From: Calcarisporiella thermophila CBS 279.70
Lineage: Eukaryota > Fungi > Calcarisporiellomycota
NCBI RefSeq assembly: GCF_041956535.1
Contig: NW_027192197.1
Span: forward strand, 951,647 to 1,015,646
Length of the DNA stretch: 64,000 nucleotides
Reading direction: 5' to 3'
A program made the position numbers and the translations under genes. Shown piece after piece: positions 26,470-44,148 of this stretch (position 1 is its first letter; every line of letters starts with the position of its first letter). The notes beneath the pieces are model-generated. The model was given only the letters and a program-made list of their open reading frames with translations. It was not told where the DNA came from and made no database searches.

Positions 26470-27339
26470 ATGGTCAACCAAGTGATCATCAATCTTTTTG
26501 GTGGTCTTTCACCGCTTTGTCTGCAGCTCTCGGATAAAGTGTCTATCGCTTCGCTCCAGCGGCATCTAAGCGAATTGACTTCAATCCCAATTGAAGATCA
26601 ATATCTTACCACTGTAGGCGGACGGATTCCTCGCGATGAATATCTCTATGGAGACGGACCTGTTGTCTTTAACTTGGGTGTAAGACTGCTGGGTGGGAAG
26701 GGAGGTTTTGGGAGTAACTTGAGGGCTGCTGGAGGCCGTATGGCTAGCCGTAAAACAACTAATTTTGAAGCCTGCAGAGATTTGAACGGAAGACGGCTTC
26801 GAACCTTGAATACCGCTAAACAGTGAGCGTCATTCTGTTTATTTTGTTGTTTATTGGTACACGGATCAGGAATAATCTTACTTTTTCTTTATTTTAGAAT
26901 TGCCGACTATATGGAAAAGGAAACCGAAATCAAAGAGGAGCGAGAAAAACGGATACGTAAAAAGATCGAGGATGGGCTGAAAGAACCTCCACAAAAGCGG
27001 TATCGTTTTGAGGACCATAAATTTCTCGAGGAGAGTTCGGAACAGGTTGAAGAAGTAAAAGATGCGGTTGCTGAGGCAATGAAGCTTAAGCGGACTAGTG
27101 GAGAAAGCAGCAAATCTGCTTCCCCACCATCTTCGTCCTCTTCTCCCAATTCTGGTTCTGGGGCTAATGATGTATTCTCTATGTGGGACGATATTTCAGA
27201 TTATTCTTCGGGCGATGAGGAGGAAAAAGAGGAGGAGGTTGAGGAAAACATTGCAGTTAAAGGAAAAGGAAAGAAGGCCGTGGAGATAAGTGAGGCCATT
27301 ATAAAAGAGAAAGGAGCTGCCATTACTAGCCACGCATAG
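26470..27339 (+). CDS. SDE2: Sde2 splicing/replication-stress regulator with cleavable ubiquitin-like N-terminus
   Basis: UBL ending RLLGG, followed by [12 protein letters not shown] and [14 protein letters not shown]; one intron at ~26823-26897. Confidence 0.95.
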
Positions 27340-27650
27340 CATGTTGTTTAGTCTGTTTTATTTATTATAGTCTTCGCATTTTTGCCTCCAGGAAGAGAAT
27401 ATTTTTAGCCATGAACCTGATATTCATTTTTATGTTTTTAGCCCTCTTTGTTTTCCTTTCAGTTAATAGTTTCTCAGCTGTAATTGTTATAACGTTTGTT
27501 GCTTCTTTTCAATATACTCCTTAATCTTGAAGATGGTAAATTTTACAAGAGCTTCTTTTGAATCATTGAAAACGAAAAGTGACATGGTTATAGGTTTATA
27601 TATATTGGGTCTATCTACAAAATCGTATAAATTAAAAGTCGCTTTCTATG

Positions 27651-27927
27651 CTACTGCTTGTTCCCGCGGAAGCGTTGACGTGGATCCAACTATAGGTTAA
27701 ATAAAGTGGTTATGGTTGATCAATGCTACACAATGAACAACAAAAATTATCTCTACCATTCCTCTCCGGCAATCAAAGAAACTCTTTCTTATTAATTGGC
27801 ATTCTTCGGGAACATCCGCAGCATGCTCGGCTTTTATGCACTCCTGAAATGAGTTACCCCGCTCAATACATTTTGATTTGAGAATACACTCAATGAGTTC
27901 CTTGCGGATCTCCTGACAAGAGGGCAT
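27651..27927 (-). CDS. PET191: Cytochrome c oxidase assembly factor Pet191/COA5 (twin CX9C)
   Basis: MPSCQEIRKELIEC...ECQLIRKSFFDCRRGM|LDPRQRFRGNKQ*. Confidence 0.93.
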
Positions 27928-28293
27928 GGTTATTTTCGAGATCACCTAGGTTGCAGTGTTGGAAATATCAAATATCGAGTTGAGGGTGAATTGCATAGAA
28001 GCTCCGCGTAGTGAACTTCAATTTACTCGATTGTCTTATTCAGACCTTTCACATAGCTTTTTTTTTTTACTTCTTTTGTGCAGATCGCTACACATCTTAA
28101 GCGGTAGCCAGCCTTAATTAATTGCTCATCAATATATTTTATCATTATTCTTCTCTTTATTACAATTTTGATCATCGTTTCATTTCTCTTTAAATCAACA
28201 TTGAACCATTTTGAATTTCCTAATTAGATCTCTCACTTTTGCTCCTACTGCCCGACCACTATACGCTTTCACAATTTAGAGGTGATAGAACGG

Positions 28294-29291
28294 ATGAAAA
28301 GCACAGAAAATATCAGAAGAGAAAATCGTGAACGCAAAAAGCGGTGGCGTGAAAAGAACAAAGAGAGAAGTAAGATCTCTCCCCCACTCTCAATCTTTGC
28401 TTGCTCTTGAACTAAATTTTATATTTAGATAAAGATAACGACTTACGTGCCCGTGTGAATAAACGTGCCACCACTCTTTTTGGCCGTGAGGATAGCGAGC
28501 GAAAGCAGCGATGGATTATGGAGGAATTTGAGAGAAGACGAAGCAGGCGCTCATTACGTGGAAGAAAAGGCGAAGGAGAAGATGAGGATGGGGAGTTGGA
28601 TTTACTGAATGGTGCAGATATCAGAAATTTTGGGGATGGTGTGGGCTGGGGAGAGGAATCGAGTGTCTCAACATTAGTGGCTGATAGGCCGGAAGCTGAA
28701 GGTGCGAATGGATATGAAATGATACCCGAGGCGATTGAATATGCCGATACGTTCTCAGCAGTTAATAATGAACGGTCAGAGGTGGAGACTCAGGTGGAGG
28801 GGGAAGGAGAAGGGCAATATCTCTCAATCCCGGCAATTTTACACCATTTGAGTGATATGGCGGCGTTGAGCGAGCGACTTGCGAAGGCATCGAATACAAA
28901 TGAGGCTGCTGGAGAGCCGGAGGTGGATCATGGCGATGGTCAAAGTGATGCAAAGGGCACACTGGAAAGTACTGAAAAGGAGCAACAAGGCATATCCTAT
29001 GCAGAAAGAAAATCCAACTCGGAAACCAAGTCGCTTGAGGTTTTACCTGAAGCTTTGTCGACAGGTGCGACGAATGGAAACAGCCCTTCTGTACCCTCAC
29101 AGGAAACAGAAACAAATCGTCTAGCGGAAGAGAATCCAAAGGAGTCGCGCAGGCCTCGCAGGGAGAAACGGAGAAGTGACGGCGTAGAAAATCCAAAGAC
29201 GAAGAGCCAAAAACCGGGTGGCTCGGGTGAGTCTATGGACGCAGTGATTTCACTGATGAAGTTGAACGGGAATGGTTGGTCGAAGGAATAG
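28294..29291 (+). CDS. DUF3020-family basic/coiled-coil fungal protein
   Basis: IRRENRERKKRWREKNKER|NKDNDLRARVNKRATTLFG...WIMEEFERRRSRR, followed by an acidic disordered tail. Start codon uncertain. Confidence 0.75.
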
Positions 29292-29676
29292 AAAAGGGAA
29301 CATCACGGAGCCGATATGCTTGCACTTTTATTATCCTATATTTAAATGTAAATTCCTCTCTATAGTTTACTATAGTTCTTTTTTCATGGAAAGTGGTGAA
29401 AATTATATGTAATTTTATTTTATATTCTTCTTTTAATCTGTTTACACTGCTTAAGAAAAGATTAAGACGTTTTTTTTTTCTTAATATAAAGATAGCTTTT
29501 CTTTATTTTTCTGCTCTATCTATGACCAAATCCAGTGGAAAATATAGTTTCTCAGAGTCAAAGATAATAAAAAGAATAACCGTTCAAGTCAACAATCTCA
29601 AATACAAAAATTTATAGGAAGTCACATCGAGCCATTTGCGGATGCGGCGAAGAAGTATAGAGTCAGATCAGCACTT

Positions 29677-31267
<1,591 letters not shown>

Positions 31268-31485
31268 TTATGACTGGGACTGCACAACCGGCTAAGCCGC
31301 CGCAAGCATTAAAAATTGTTGAAAAAAATTAATAACTAGAACACTGGAAAGGAAAGAGAAGTGAATAGTTTCATTAAGCATTAACTGCTCAGGATTCCAG
31401 CACACGCCGACCCATAGAACGTTGTTTGTAAGAAATAATAACAAGAACAGCAAATAGTGTGTTAATCCCACATGCCGCAAGAGAT

Positions 31486-34400
31486 ATGAAGGATACTGAG
31501 CTTGATCTCTCATCGCCACGACTCCTTTATGAGATTGCGCGCGCGATCGAAGCTAAAGGTGCAGCGCGTACGTATTTGAAAGAAGACGAGCACGCCAAGT
31601 TTCGGGAAGCGCTAGAGGGAGGCTTTGACGCGTGGTGGGAATTTTTCATTTCACCTGAAATTTTCGACTCGACAACAAGTAGTACTAAACCGTCGGAGAC
31701 TAATGGCCCCATTACGACCGAGCTAGATTCCTTAGCTAGCGCGGATACGGTTCGCGATGCGACCAACGCACGTCCAATTTCACACCAGCCTGTAACATCT
31801 CAGTCCAACGTCACTATACTCGCGTCATACCGCATGCGTAGCATGATGTTTGAGCAACTTTTACCGTGCATCTATCCCAGCTATCGCTCATGTTGTAAAC
31901 CAGTGGTGGATGTGGAGCAGATATATGAGCGTCTTAAATTCTCGGACAGTATGCCGAAAAATGAATCGAGAACAGGCGAATTAGACAAAGACCAGGTGAA
32001 AGAGGTAACGGTTAGAGGTGAGGTGAGCGAGGATTATGACGAAGAAGAGCAGACAGACGAGCAAACACAAGCACAGCCGGTGGAAAGCGACACAACCTCA
32101 AAACCACAGGGTATAACACATTTATCTTCTCTCTTGAGAATATATTTTAATGGACAACCCCATGCTACATAGCCAAGCGCAATAGTGAAGTCGAAATTCC
32201 TTTGAATGACGCATACCACACTTTTGAACTCGATAGGCAGTCAATGATTGCTCTGCAGAAGCTTCAGGTATTATGCTGTTCAATTATATTCCGTTTCTAC
32301 CATTTTACAATGATATTGTTGGCGTTAATAGGAAGCAGAAATGCAAGAGCAAGAGGAAGCTGCTAATGAGAAAAGTGGCCAGCAAGATTCTAAATCTGTG
32401 AGTATTTGTAAATTATATAATAATAGGTTTCTCCCCTCTAAGCTTGGCTACTGGTGCATAGCTTTCAAATTTGGGATTAGGCGGATCGAGCATGAAGGTA
32501 TCCTTTTATCCACCCATTATCCCTTAGCTACTTTATTACTAATTCCGTTAATCCCATATGAATTTTCATACCCTTCGAATGAATAGTATCTACTCAGCGT
32601 CATTGATCAAAACCGCAATGAGACTTGTCTTTCCGACCGCGAGCTTCGACATCTGCTGACCGACTTAAGAGTGAAGCGGTCCAAATGGGTAAGAGAATGT
32701 GGACATTGAAAACTGGATGTGTTGGTTTTTATCTTATTCTTTAACAAATAGGCAAGCGATGATAAAATTGGACAAGAAGAGTTATATGACGCCGCAGAAC
32801 GAGTTTTGATTGAACTCAGAAATTACACGGTATGAGTGATATCTAGAAATATCTAAGTGAAGTGATGCTAAACTGTTGCTTTTCTTTTCCTTTAGGAACA
32901 CTCCACGCCATTTTTGACAAAAGTGAAGAAGAGTGATGCACCTGATTATTATTCTGGTAACGAGATGAAATTTCTTGACCATATTCTCTAATTATTTACA
33001 AAAATTATCTTCATTCACATAGTAATCAAGCATCCCATGGACCTTGGAACGATGATGAAGAAATTGAAAAATTTCCAATACAAAAGTAAAAAGGAGATTA
33101 CGGATGATCTCTTTCTTATTTTTTCCAATTGCTTGGAATATAACACCCATCCAGTAAGCATTTAAGCCGTATTCTATTGCAGCGCAAATATAATTAATCT
33201 GGTTTTGTATTCTTCTAGGCAAGCCCTTTTCGGAGACATGCAATTGCAATGCAGCAGAGGGCGTCGCAACTCGTCCACGAAATACCAGATATCGTTGTAC
33301 GTGACCGAGCAGAATTGGAAGCAGAGGAAGAACAGGATGCTGAAGATGAGACCGATGATGGTAATCCCTAAAAAAATCATTGGTCGATTTAGTTTATTTA
33401 TCCTTTTTTTTACTATCAGAAAATCGATCAGAAGCATCTAAAGATAGATCATTGGGTTTGCGTGTGGTAAACATGAAAATTACCTCTCCCTGTTATTTAA
33501 CTTAATTTCTAACATTTTGTAATTAGCGGGGGTCTAAGGGTAATGTTAAAGGAGGAACAAAGTCGTCCAAAGGTCCCGCACGCTCCTCAAACAAAGTTGT
33601 CTCTGAAATTATTGATTCTGAGCATGGGGGAGCAGGATCGCAGGAGCCATCCACTCGCGAGCCAAGCGTTGCGCCCTCTGCGGATATGACTCCTCATTTA
33701 AATGGAACCGCGCAGGTAGCGAGTAAGAAGAATGCTGAGGCAAAGATGTTGGATTTAGACCAGGAGGAAGTTGCACTTGACATTGAGATAGACGCGGGAG
33801 ATTTGCGAACGCAAGTGTGGGCAGAGAAGACAAAAGAGGAACGAGGAAGAATCTGTGTAAAGACTCGATTATTTCAGGAGATAGCTATAATCCCTCCTAA
33901 TGAATTCATTTTCACTTAGCTCGAGAGAGATAAAGAATTCCGAGTTCCTTTTCCTGAACAATCAGCACTTATCCGTACCGCTGAAGCTATGCAATTATTC
34001 CAAGAGGCTGAAGCTGTACATGATGAGCCCTACGCACCTAAATCGGCAAGTAATGCAACTTTCGGATTTCCGGGAATGGAGCGGGATGATGTGTTTTTTG
34101 ATGAACGACGGGAAAAGAGGACGGCAAAAAGTGATAGCATATTTTTGCCGGAGTATCACCTGATGTCGAGTATTCCAGAATTAAGACAAGACCCATCTCT
34201 TCCATTGAAAACAGAACCGTATCACCTCTTCGATGATGATTTTGTATACCAGTAAGTATATCTAACTTAACTTTATAGTTGGATAGATTCGAACTGAATA
34301 TTTTGTTATTTTTTAATAACAGGCTTGAACAAGAAAGGCCGTCTCTTGCATTGTATCCCGAAGCCCATTTTCCAAATCATGGCGCCTCAGCATTAATTAA

Positions 34401-36463
34401 TGCGAATATTGAGGAGCTGAAGGCTATAAGAGACTTATACGGAAAAATAATTGCAACAAAGAACAATATTCCTGTAAATACTCGACTTTTCACTCTCTCT
34501 AAATGCATATACTCACAATATTTTAATAGCTCGGCTCACTTAATGAGGCATCTACCGACGAAAAGGAAAAGGAAACTGACCTCGCTCCGTTACCCATTGA
34601 GAAAGACTCTTCACTGCCTCCTTTAAATATGAATGGGAATACAGGATTCCATCTAATGGAAAAAGTAACAACAAAACTATTACAACATGCAGGGTTTGAC
34701 TGTAACTGCTATTTTTATCTAATTATTCATTCACTATCTAAAAGAGTTCTTTTTATTTAATTAGCATCCAATGCGAGTGCTCTCCATGTATTGACGGATG
34801 TAGCGGTTGATTATATGATGAATCTCGGAAAGACGATCCGAATGTATAGCGATTTATATAATAAGAAAATGAGCGCAGAGGTAACAATTGTATACAAATT
34901 TCGGAAAATACCTGTATGTTAATAATTCATACTTCCAGGAAATCATACTTCACTCGTTGTACGAAAATGGTATAACTAGCATTCGAGCTCTCGACTCGTA
35001 CGTAACCGACGAAGTAGGCCGACGCTACGGGAAAAAGCTACAAGATATCCGGCAGAGATTGGATTCGTCCTATCGGGAATTAATCAATGTATTTCTCAAA
35101 ACTATACTTTGATGCAAGAAATTATGTTTAACACTCTATATTTCACCATTAGCAACCAATGGAGGTTCAGCCAGTGGACGAAGACTTGATCTTGGATAAT
35201 GATGATTTCTTCACCTCGTATGTGTATCTCAGCCTTTGTAGATCCTCAGCATTACTGTAACCTTTATGTTATTTTTCGATTTTAGTGGAACACTCGGAGA
35301 GGAGATTGGTGAAGATATTCTTGGGCTGCGAGAACTAGTTGGCATTGACTCCTTTGCGGTATATCGAATATCAATCTTCAAAAATAACATCCAGCTTAAT
35401 TATACCCGAATTTTGATTAGATCCCGTCAAAGCTGTGGTATGGTTCAGGAAGATCAATGGCTGTAAAGGTGCCAACGGGTGGGCCAAGAGGTGATCTTTC
35501 GAATATACAAATTATTTTTGCTACTTAGCTGATTACAACTATTTTAATTCATGACAACAGGGAAACCGCTTCCATATCCTCCACCTCCTCCCTTTCCACC
35601 TGTTACTGATCCTGAGAGCCAAATAGGATTACTGCGAGATTACTTCCAAAAGAAGCTGGAAGAAAATAACGGAAAACTTATTGAGGACGAATACATGCCT
35701 GCGAAATTCCGCATTCGCCCAAGGATCCCGCCCACTGCTACCAAAGCTCTCGCAACAAAAAAGAAAGAAAAGGAACTTGCTGCGGCGCTCGAGGCTAAAA
35801 AGAAGAAAAAAGCGGAGATGGAGGCTGCCGCTGCGGAAAAGAAAAAACAGCGCGCAGAGGCCAAAGCTGCGAGGATCGCGGAGCGAGAAGAGAGAAAGAA
35901 GATCAAAGAAGAAATTCGTGAGAGGCAAAGGGAGGCTAAAGCTGCGGCAAGAGCAATGAAGAAAAGGAAAGCGAGCTTTTCTGAATCAGACCGTTTGCAA
36001 CAGCAGTCTATTGAAGGGAATGTCCTCTTAAGTATGGGAGCAGAGGGAAAGGATGACGATTCACTTTCTCCACCAATATCAAGGCGAGTCAGCAGTAGTA
36101 CAGACTTGGGTGAAGGGATAGTGGTAGAGAGTCGGGGCACGGTTGGGCGGCCCAGGAAAGACGGTTCAACGCCAAAAAAGAAGGCGCAAGGAGCGACTTT
36201 GGGTGGAACCTCTCAGCAGTCGGCATCAGGCTCGAGTGGAATGAATCTACCCCACACTCCTAACCTCGACGAACTGATGCCCCCACCACCAACCGCAGCG
36301 ACCCCTTCGAAAAAGCGAAAATCAGAGGGTCCAACGGGTGACACGCCAACAAAAAAGTAAGGTTCCACTCTACTTGAATAGTGAGTGCATATTAATTTAT
36401 TGACTATGTATACTTAGAACTAAAAAGGTCAAGGCTTCTAAGAAGAAGCCCCCATCTGACTAA
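31486..36463 (+). CDS. SPT7: SAGA complex subunit Spt7 (bromodomain plus histone fold)
   Basis: [59 protein letters not shown]; histone fold LLQHAGFD...ALHVLTDVA; [13 protein letters not shown]; Lys-rich tail with GRPRK. Many introns. Confidence 0.93.
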
Positions 36464-37616
36464 AAGAAGCTCTAATCGTATCATTTTTGCATTTTTTTGT
36501 TTTTTTGTTTATTAACACTGAGACGCCTTTCTCTTTTTTCATTCCCTGATTTGCCTTTACCGTGTTACTGGCTTTTCTTTCTCTTTTCCTTCATTTCTTC
36601 CTAGTTTTAGCGAACGAGGTGAGGTTGGCTGCTTTTTTGATTATGTATACCATTTGAAAGTGTTTTACGTTTAGATATGTGCACTGTTTTTCTTTTTACA
36701 AATATTTATTAATTCCTCGGCCTGCATGAGTACGCGTGGTGGAAGGCGGGATTATGACCTTTTTCAATTTTTTATATATTTTGTAGATATATACTTAATT
36801 TACCTTTTTGCGCACTTTTTTTCCTAGTTTTAGGATCTGTAGTTTCTTTTCTTTGGTTTGATTTGAAGTTTTCTGACCCCTCTAATGGTTTGAGCAATTT
36901 CAAATATTTTGGTCATAGGATTCGAAAACTTTCTAAATAATGGTAGCACGAGCATCAGTACTTGTGAAGTACATACATGAAATCACAGGTTATATGGATG
37001 GGGCGACATTAAATAAAGCCCATACGAACTTGGATCCTTGGGATCTTCACATTATACCCGGTAGTTTATCATACAGTATTTCTTTCACATGCATTTTTCT
37101 ATAAAATACTTGGGAACTTATATCGAACGTTATCCACATTACTCTTAATTGAGTTCGTCCTTAATACGTATATTTAGCAGTTACGAAGTAATATTACAGT
37201 ATAATAAAGTAATCAATCAAGTGCAAGCTTGCATGGCACTATAGTACAGCTAAACAATATGGTAATAGGTTAGTGATTCAAATTCTACCCTCGTGCTAAT
37301 TTTCTCGAGTTGCAAACCCTTGAAAATAAGTTTGACATACATCAGTTAGATTTAATTGATTTGCCATTGAAACTCCAGTGATACAACTGGAATAAACCAT
37401 ATTAAATATAAAATCCAAGTATATGTACGGGGTAATAAATCGATCCAAGACAAAAACCAATACTCGACACTGAGTGTTCTAGGTATATAAATACTCTATT
37501 AATTTTCTTTACTCGTTATTTTATTTAAAAAACATAGCTTTATTTTAGCTTTTGTTTATATATATCTTTATATTTATTTTCGCATTTTCTGTATCTAGCC
37601 ACACGCATTGAATGTC

Positions 37617-39433
37617 ATGTTTGGAATAGAGGGAAAGCTAGTTTCCTTGTTGCCGGAAGTAAACTTGGGCTATATCGCCATCGCACTCCCTGCCCTTTGC
37701 CTTGCCTATTGCTTCTATAGCATCTTTATCTACCCCTTTTATTTTTCGCCCCTCCGTAAGCTGCCCACCCCTCCTGCTGACAACAATCCTTTCACTGGTC
37801 ATTTAATTCAAGCGCTTTCCAAGGAGGTTGTTTTAATTGCTTAATCATGAGCTCGAAATGACATTTACTAATTTCCCATTTCTAAACTAATAGTCCCAAG
37901 AACAGCAGCTTGAGTGGGCCAATGAATATGGCGGATTTGTGCGGTTCTTTTACCCCCTCAATTTTGAACGTGTGCTTATCACAGATCCGAAAGCTCTCCA
38001 ACATATTCTCGTGAAGCGTGCATATGAATTCGTTAAACCGCAGCGAGTGAGGACTTATCTCGGGATGGGAATTGGAAATGGTCTCTTGGTTGCAGAGGTG
38101 AATACTCTTTGGTAATAAGGTTCTAAAGATTATCTCATGGGTTAAAAATTCCTGTGAATACATTAGGGGGATGACCACCGCCATCAACGAAAACTTCTTA
38201 ATAACGCGCTTTCGTACGGGAATATTAAGCAGTTTGTCCCTATCTTCAATGAAGTAGTCACCACTTTAACTGATCAATGGAAAGATGCATTATCTGATCG
38301 ACATGAGATTGAAATGGATGTGTTCATCCCGATTACAAAAGCTACGCTGGATATTATTGGCCTTACAGGTATATACTAGAGCTGTTTGAATTTCAAAAAA
38401 GAGTTGTGATATTGACGCTCCCCTACCTAGGCTTTGGTCATAGATTCGACACATTGACTTCGAAGAAGCAGACCTTGCTCGCAAAAGCTTACGATATTAT
38501 TCTTGCAGATATGCCTGCTTGGAAGCGAGTGTTTTGGTATCTCATGCCAAAACTAGCTTTATTTGATAGGAAGATGATGAATGGATTAAAGATGTCACGG
38601 ATAGCAACGAAAGAAATTGTTGAAATGGGAAAATTAAGAATGGAAGACAATAAGAGCAATACTCGAGATATCCTGTATATGATGCTCGAGCACAATAAGA
38701 AAGTTATGGAGACCGGTGAAGGCGACCTGTGGACAGATCGAGAATGTAGAGATCAGATCCTGACATTTTTAGCTGCCGGGTAACCATTATGTGCTGACCT
38801 ATTTATATATTTAAAATTGTCTCTAATATCTTTCTTTTTTTTAGTCATGAAACCACCTCTACTCTCCTTGGCTGGTTGCTGTATACTCTTGCTTTGCATA
38901 CTGATGTGCAAGAGAAATTGCGGGAAGAAGTTCAGACTATTTTCAAGAGCAATCCGAATCCCTCGTTCGAGGAGATTGATAAACTTACCTATCTCGACTG
39001 TGTCTACAGGGAAATCGTCCGGGTACACCCCCCTGTCACCTACACAGTTCGGACAAATAAGGTGGACGAGACATTGCCAACCTCTACTGGAGAGGAAATT
39101 TTCTTGCCCAAAGGCTCTCTCTGCGTGATATCTCCTGCGGTTATAAATCGCTGCGTTAAGCATTGGGGTCCTGATGCAGGCGAATTCCGCCCGGAGCGCT
39201 GGTTAGACGAGAGCTCCCTTCCAAAAAATCTTAACTATGTTTGCTTGACTTTCTTGGCCGGTGCTCGAGGCTGCATCGGATCCCGTTTCTCTCAAATGGA
39301 AACCAAAGTATTTATTGCAAGGCTTATCTCAGAATTCCGGTTCAGACCAGTGGAAGGCTTTCGGGTGCGAAAGCAATTCCATATTACATGTCGACCAGAA
39401 CCTGGTGTAAAACTCCACATATCAAGAGCATAA
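37617..39433 (+). CDS. Cytochrome P450 monooxygenase
   Basis: N-terminal TM plus SPLRKLPTP; I-helix FLAAG|HETT; EIVR (ExxR); PERW; heme motif FLAGARGCIG; 4 introns. Confidence 0.96.
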
Positions 39434-39588
39434 ACATCATGTTTTTATAGTTTTGTAATTCTATATTTATAATGAGTCTAATATTATATAAAAGAGAAAT
39501 AAATAATACCACATTTCGTTTACTCATTCCATATATCATGTGGAAGTTGCTTCCAAAATCATAGCAAAATTCAAGTTGAGGCTATAGC

Positions 39589-41313
<1,725 letters not shown>

Positions 41314-42291
41314 AATGATATGAGAGTATGTCAATGCTAATAATTATAGCAGAGAAATAAATGGCTGATAGACGAAGAGCAAACAAAAAGATCCGAAAGA
41401 TTGCTGCGCCTCGATCATCTATGACAAAGTCACTCGATAAGATGGCAATCGAGCATTCCAAATAACTTATTTAGAGGCCATATTGATGAAGATATCTGGG
41501 ACATTCTCAGACGTGCAATCTCTTATCATCATTATAAGTTCATTATATCAAAATTAATAATTTTCAATAGCATAAAAATTACTAAAAATCTGATATCAAT
41601 TAATATATCCTACTAATGAAATTTTTCTACTTTTATGTGTTTTATAACTCGTACTACCTATTTAAGCTCTCTTGAGACTAAAGCGCTGCGATAAATGAAA
41701 AAAAAAAAGAAAAATGGAATGGCGATAGTTGTGCAAGAGCTTGGCTGTTTAACTTTAAAAGCAATAATTCTTGATACTATTGCCTGAAATTTACGGCAGT
41801 AGTGTCTAATATTGCCAAGGTTTTAGTTAATGCATTCCCACCCTTATCTGTACGAGTGGCTGGCTTAACTTTTGATCTCTGTCAATATGACGATACAAAC
41901 AATCAAAAACCTAAAAAGCACAACGTAAGGTGGATTTGGTCATCAAGTGCAGCTGCCCCGTGTGAATCTGGGCCATCATATGCAAAAATATAAAATATTT
42001 ATGTATATGATGGTCTGATATTTTTTTATCCGCAGGGTTATTTATTTATTTATTTTAAGTGTCCGAAAAAGGTTCGAATGAAAATGCCGGTCAGGCTATC
42101 ATAGACCGAGCACATTTTTTGAACTTCTTTTCTTAGAAGAATACCAGGATAAATCAAAATATCTTCTCCCACATATCACTTCTATATTTTTCGTTGGTAT
42201 CTTAGTCGGTATATGTTTTTAGATAGTTCAGGAAACTCTTACACGATATAATCAAACCAACCCATCCCATTCCTTAATTTTGCAAAGAGCA

Positions 42292-43722
42292 ATGAGAAGT
42301 ACCAGCAGCTCTCCAAAAGTGTGCTCCCCCTCCAGTTCGTCGCAAACGCTTGTCAAAGATGGCAAGCAAGTAGAATATTCCTCCGTCGACGGCCACTGCT
42401 GGCATGATCACTCTGAGACAACTCCTCTTAAATCCTCACGCTCATCTACTTCCACCTACCTCTCTATTCACGCGGAGAACATTCCTTTTAAATGCCCTCA
42501 AAATAATATGACTGATGATCCTAAATCTCGCCGCACAAAACGCCGTCTCACCATTGCCATCTTGGTGTCTTTTATATTCTTTATCGCTGAGCTTGTAGGT
42601 GGATATTTCGCAAATTCACTTGCTTTAATGTCAGATGCTTTTCACCTTCTAGCTGGTTAGTAATTAGTACCTACCTTAATTATTCAAATGATCATAAGTA
42701 ATTTAATTACATATAGATGTTGCGAGTTTCGTCGTTGCTCTTATAGCAATAAAGCTATCTGAAATGCCTGCTACAAAACGCCATTCCTTCGGATATCATA
42801 GAGCAGAAGTACTTGCAGCTATCCTTAGTGCGATCTCTATTTGGGCTCTGACAGGTTGGCTAGTTCATGAAGCTATCAACAGGATTCGAAACCCCCAGCC
42901 CATCGATGGAAAAACTATGAGCATTGTTTCGGGCATTGGTATTGCTGTAAACGTGATGTAAGCCTTTTATATATAATCAACTCGTTTATGTTTGCAAATA
43001 GTAATTTATTTATCCGGTGCTTTCTAGTCTAATGCTTGTTCTTGGTACTGAGCACCACCACCATGGTCATAGTCATTCACACTGTGACAGTAATCATACA
43101 CATGCCCATGGCGAAAATCACCACTATCATGAGCACTCAGAAGAAGGTAAAATGGCCGAAAATCATCACAAAACCGCCAACCTAAATGTCAGAGCAGCAG
43201 TGAGTATTCTTTTTTTCCCTTCGCTATTATCTTTTTCAATGCCTTAAAAAATTTTTCATTACTCAGACGCTGCACGTTATCGGGGATCTGATATTCAGCA
43301 TTGGCGTCTTTATATCTTCGGTCATAATTCTTCTCGATCCCAGCAAGAATATAATTGATCCTATCTGCACATTTATATTCTCTGTTATTGTCCTCTTTAC
43401 AACTTATCGACTTGTATCAGACTCACTTTCTATCCTCATGGAAGGTACTCCTGCACACATAAATCCGCAAGATGTCCAAGAAACACTTCAGGGTATCGAT
43501 GGAGTGCGTTTTGTACATGACCTCCACATCTGGGCGCTTACCGCGGGTAAAACTTCGCTCTCTGTGCATCTGTTAATCGCAGATCGCGATGATCATGGAT
43601 CCATCCTCGCAGAGGCACAAAAATTACTTTGCGAGCTGTATGATATTCATCATACTGTGATACAAGTTGAGGCCGTGTGCCTTGCTCATTGTATAGGGAG
43701 CTGCGCTTCAATTCTGTATTAA
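42292..43722 (+). CDS. CDF zinc transporter, ZnT2/SLC30A2-like
   Basis: [13 protein letters not shown]|D; [10 protein letters not shown]; His-rich loop; NLNVRAA|TLHVIGD; LMEGTP; VHDLHIWAL; HHTVIQVE. Confidence 0.95.
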
Positions 43723-44148
43723 TTGCAGAATTTGTCTCCTTATTTTGTACATTCATTAGCTGGCATCGTTTTTTTCTACCGAAGGTTTACATCTGTCTTA
43801 CAACTACTTTTTTCCTCAATTATGTCTACCCTTTTCGAGGTATTACCCAGCGCTTATAAAGTTTTTTTATAGTATTGTATTGTTTTCAAAAATAAAAAAT
43901 TGATGTTCTTTTAATTTTACTATTTTCCTTCATAAAATCTACCCAAAATTTAATACCTCTTAGATTGTTTACATCGATTTTTCTAAGCACTAGGTTAGGT
44001 TTCGCTTACACATTGCCACGTCTCTTCTTCTATTATCACTGATATTCTGTTTGAATGGAGAGGGATTTGGGATGATCACCCGATTCCCCCTCCTCTAGCA
44101 ATTGTTACAAACGCACGTCGCGACTTATAACGCATATATTCAAAAATA

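Noticed and set aside
37617-39433. P450 as part of a secondary-metabolite cluster
   Set aside because: It is flanked by SPT7 and ADE12, and there is no PKS, NRPS or terpene synthase in the window.
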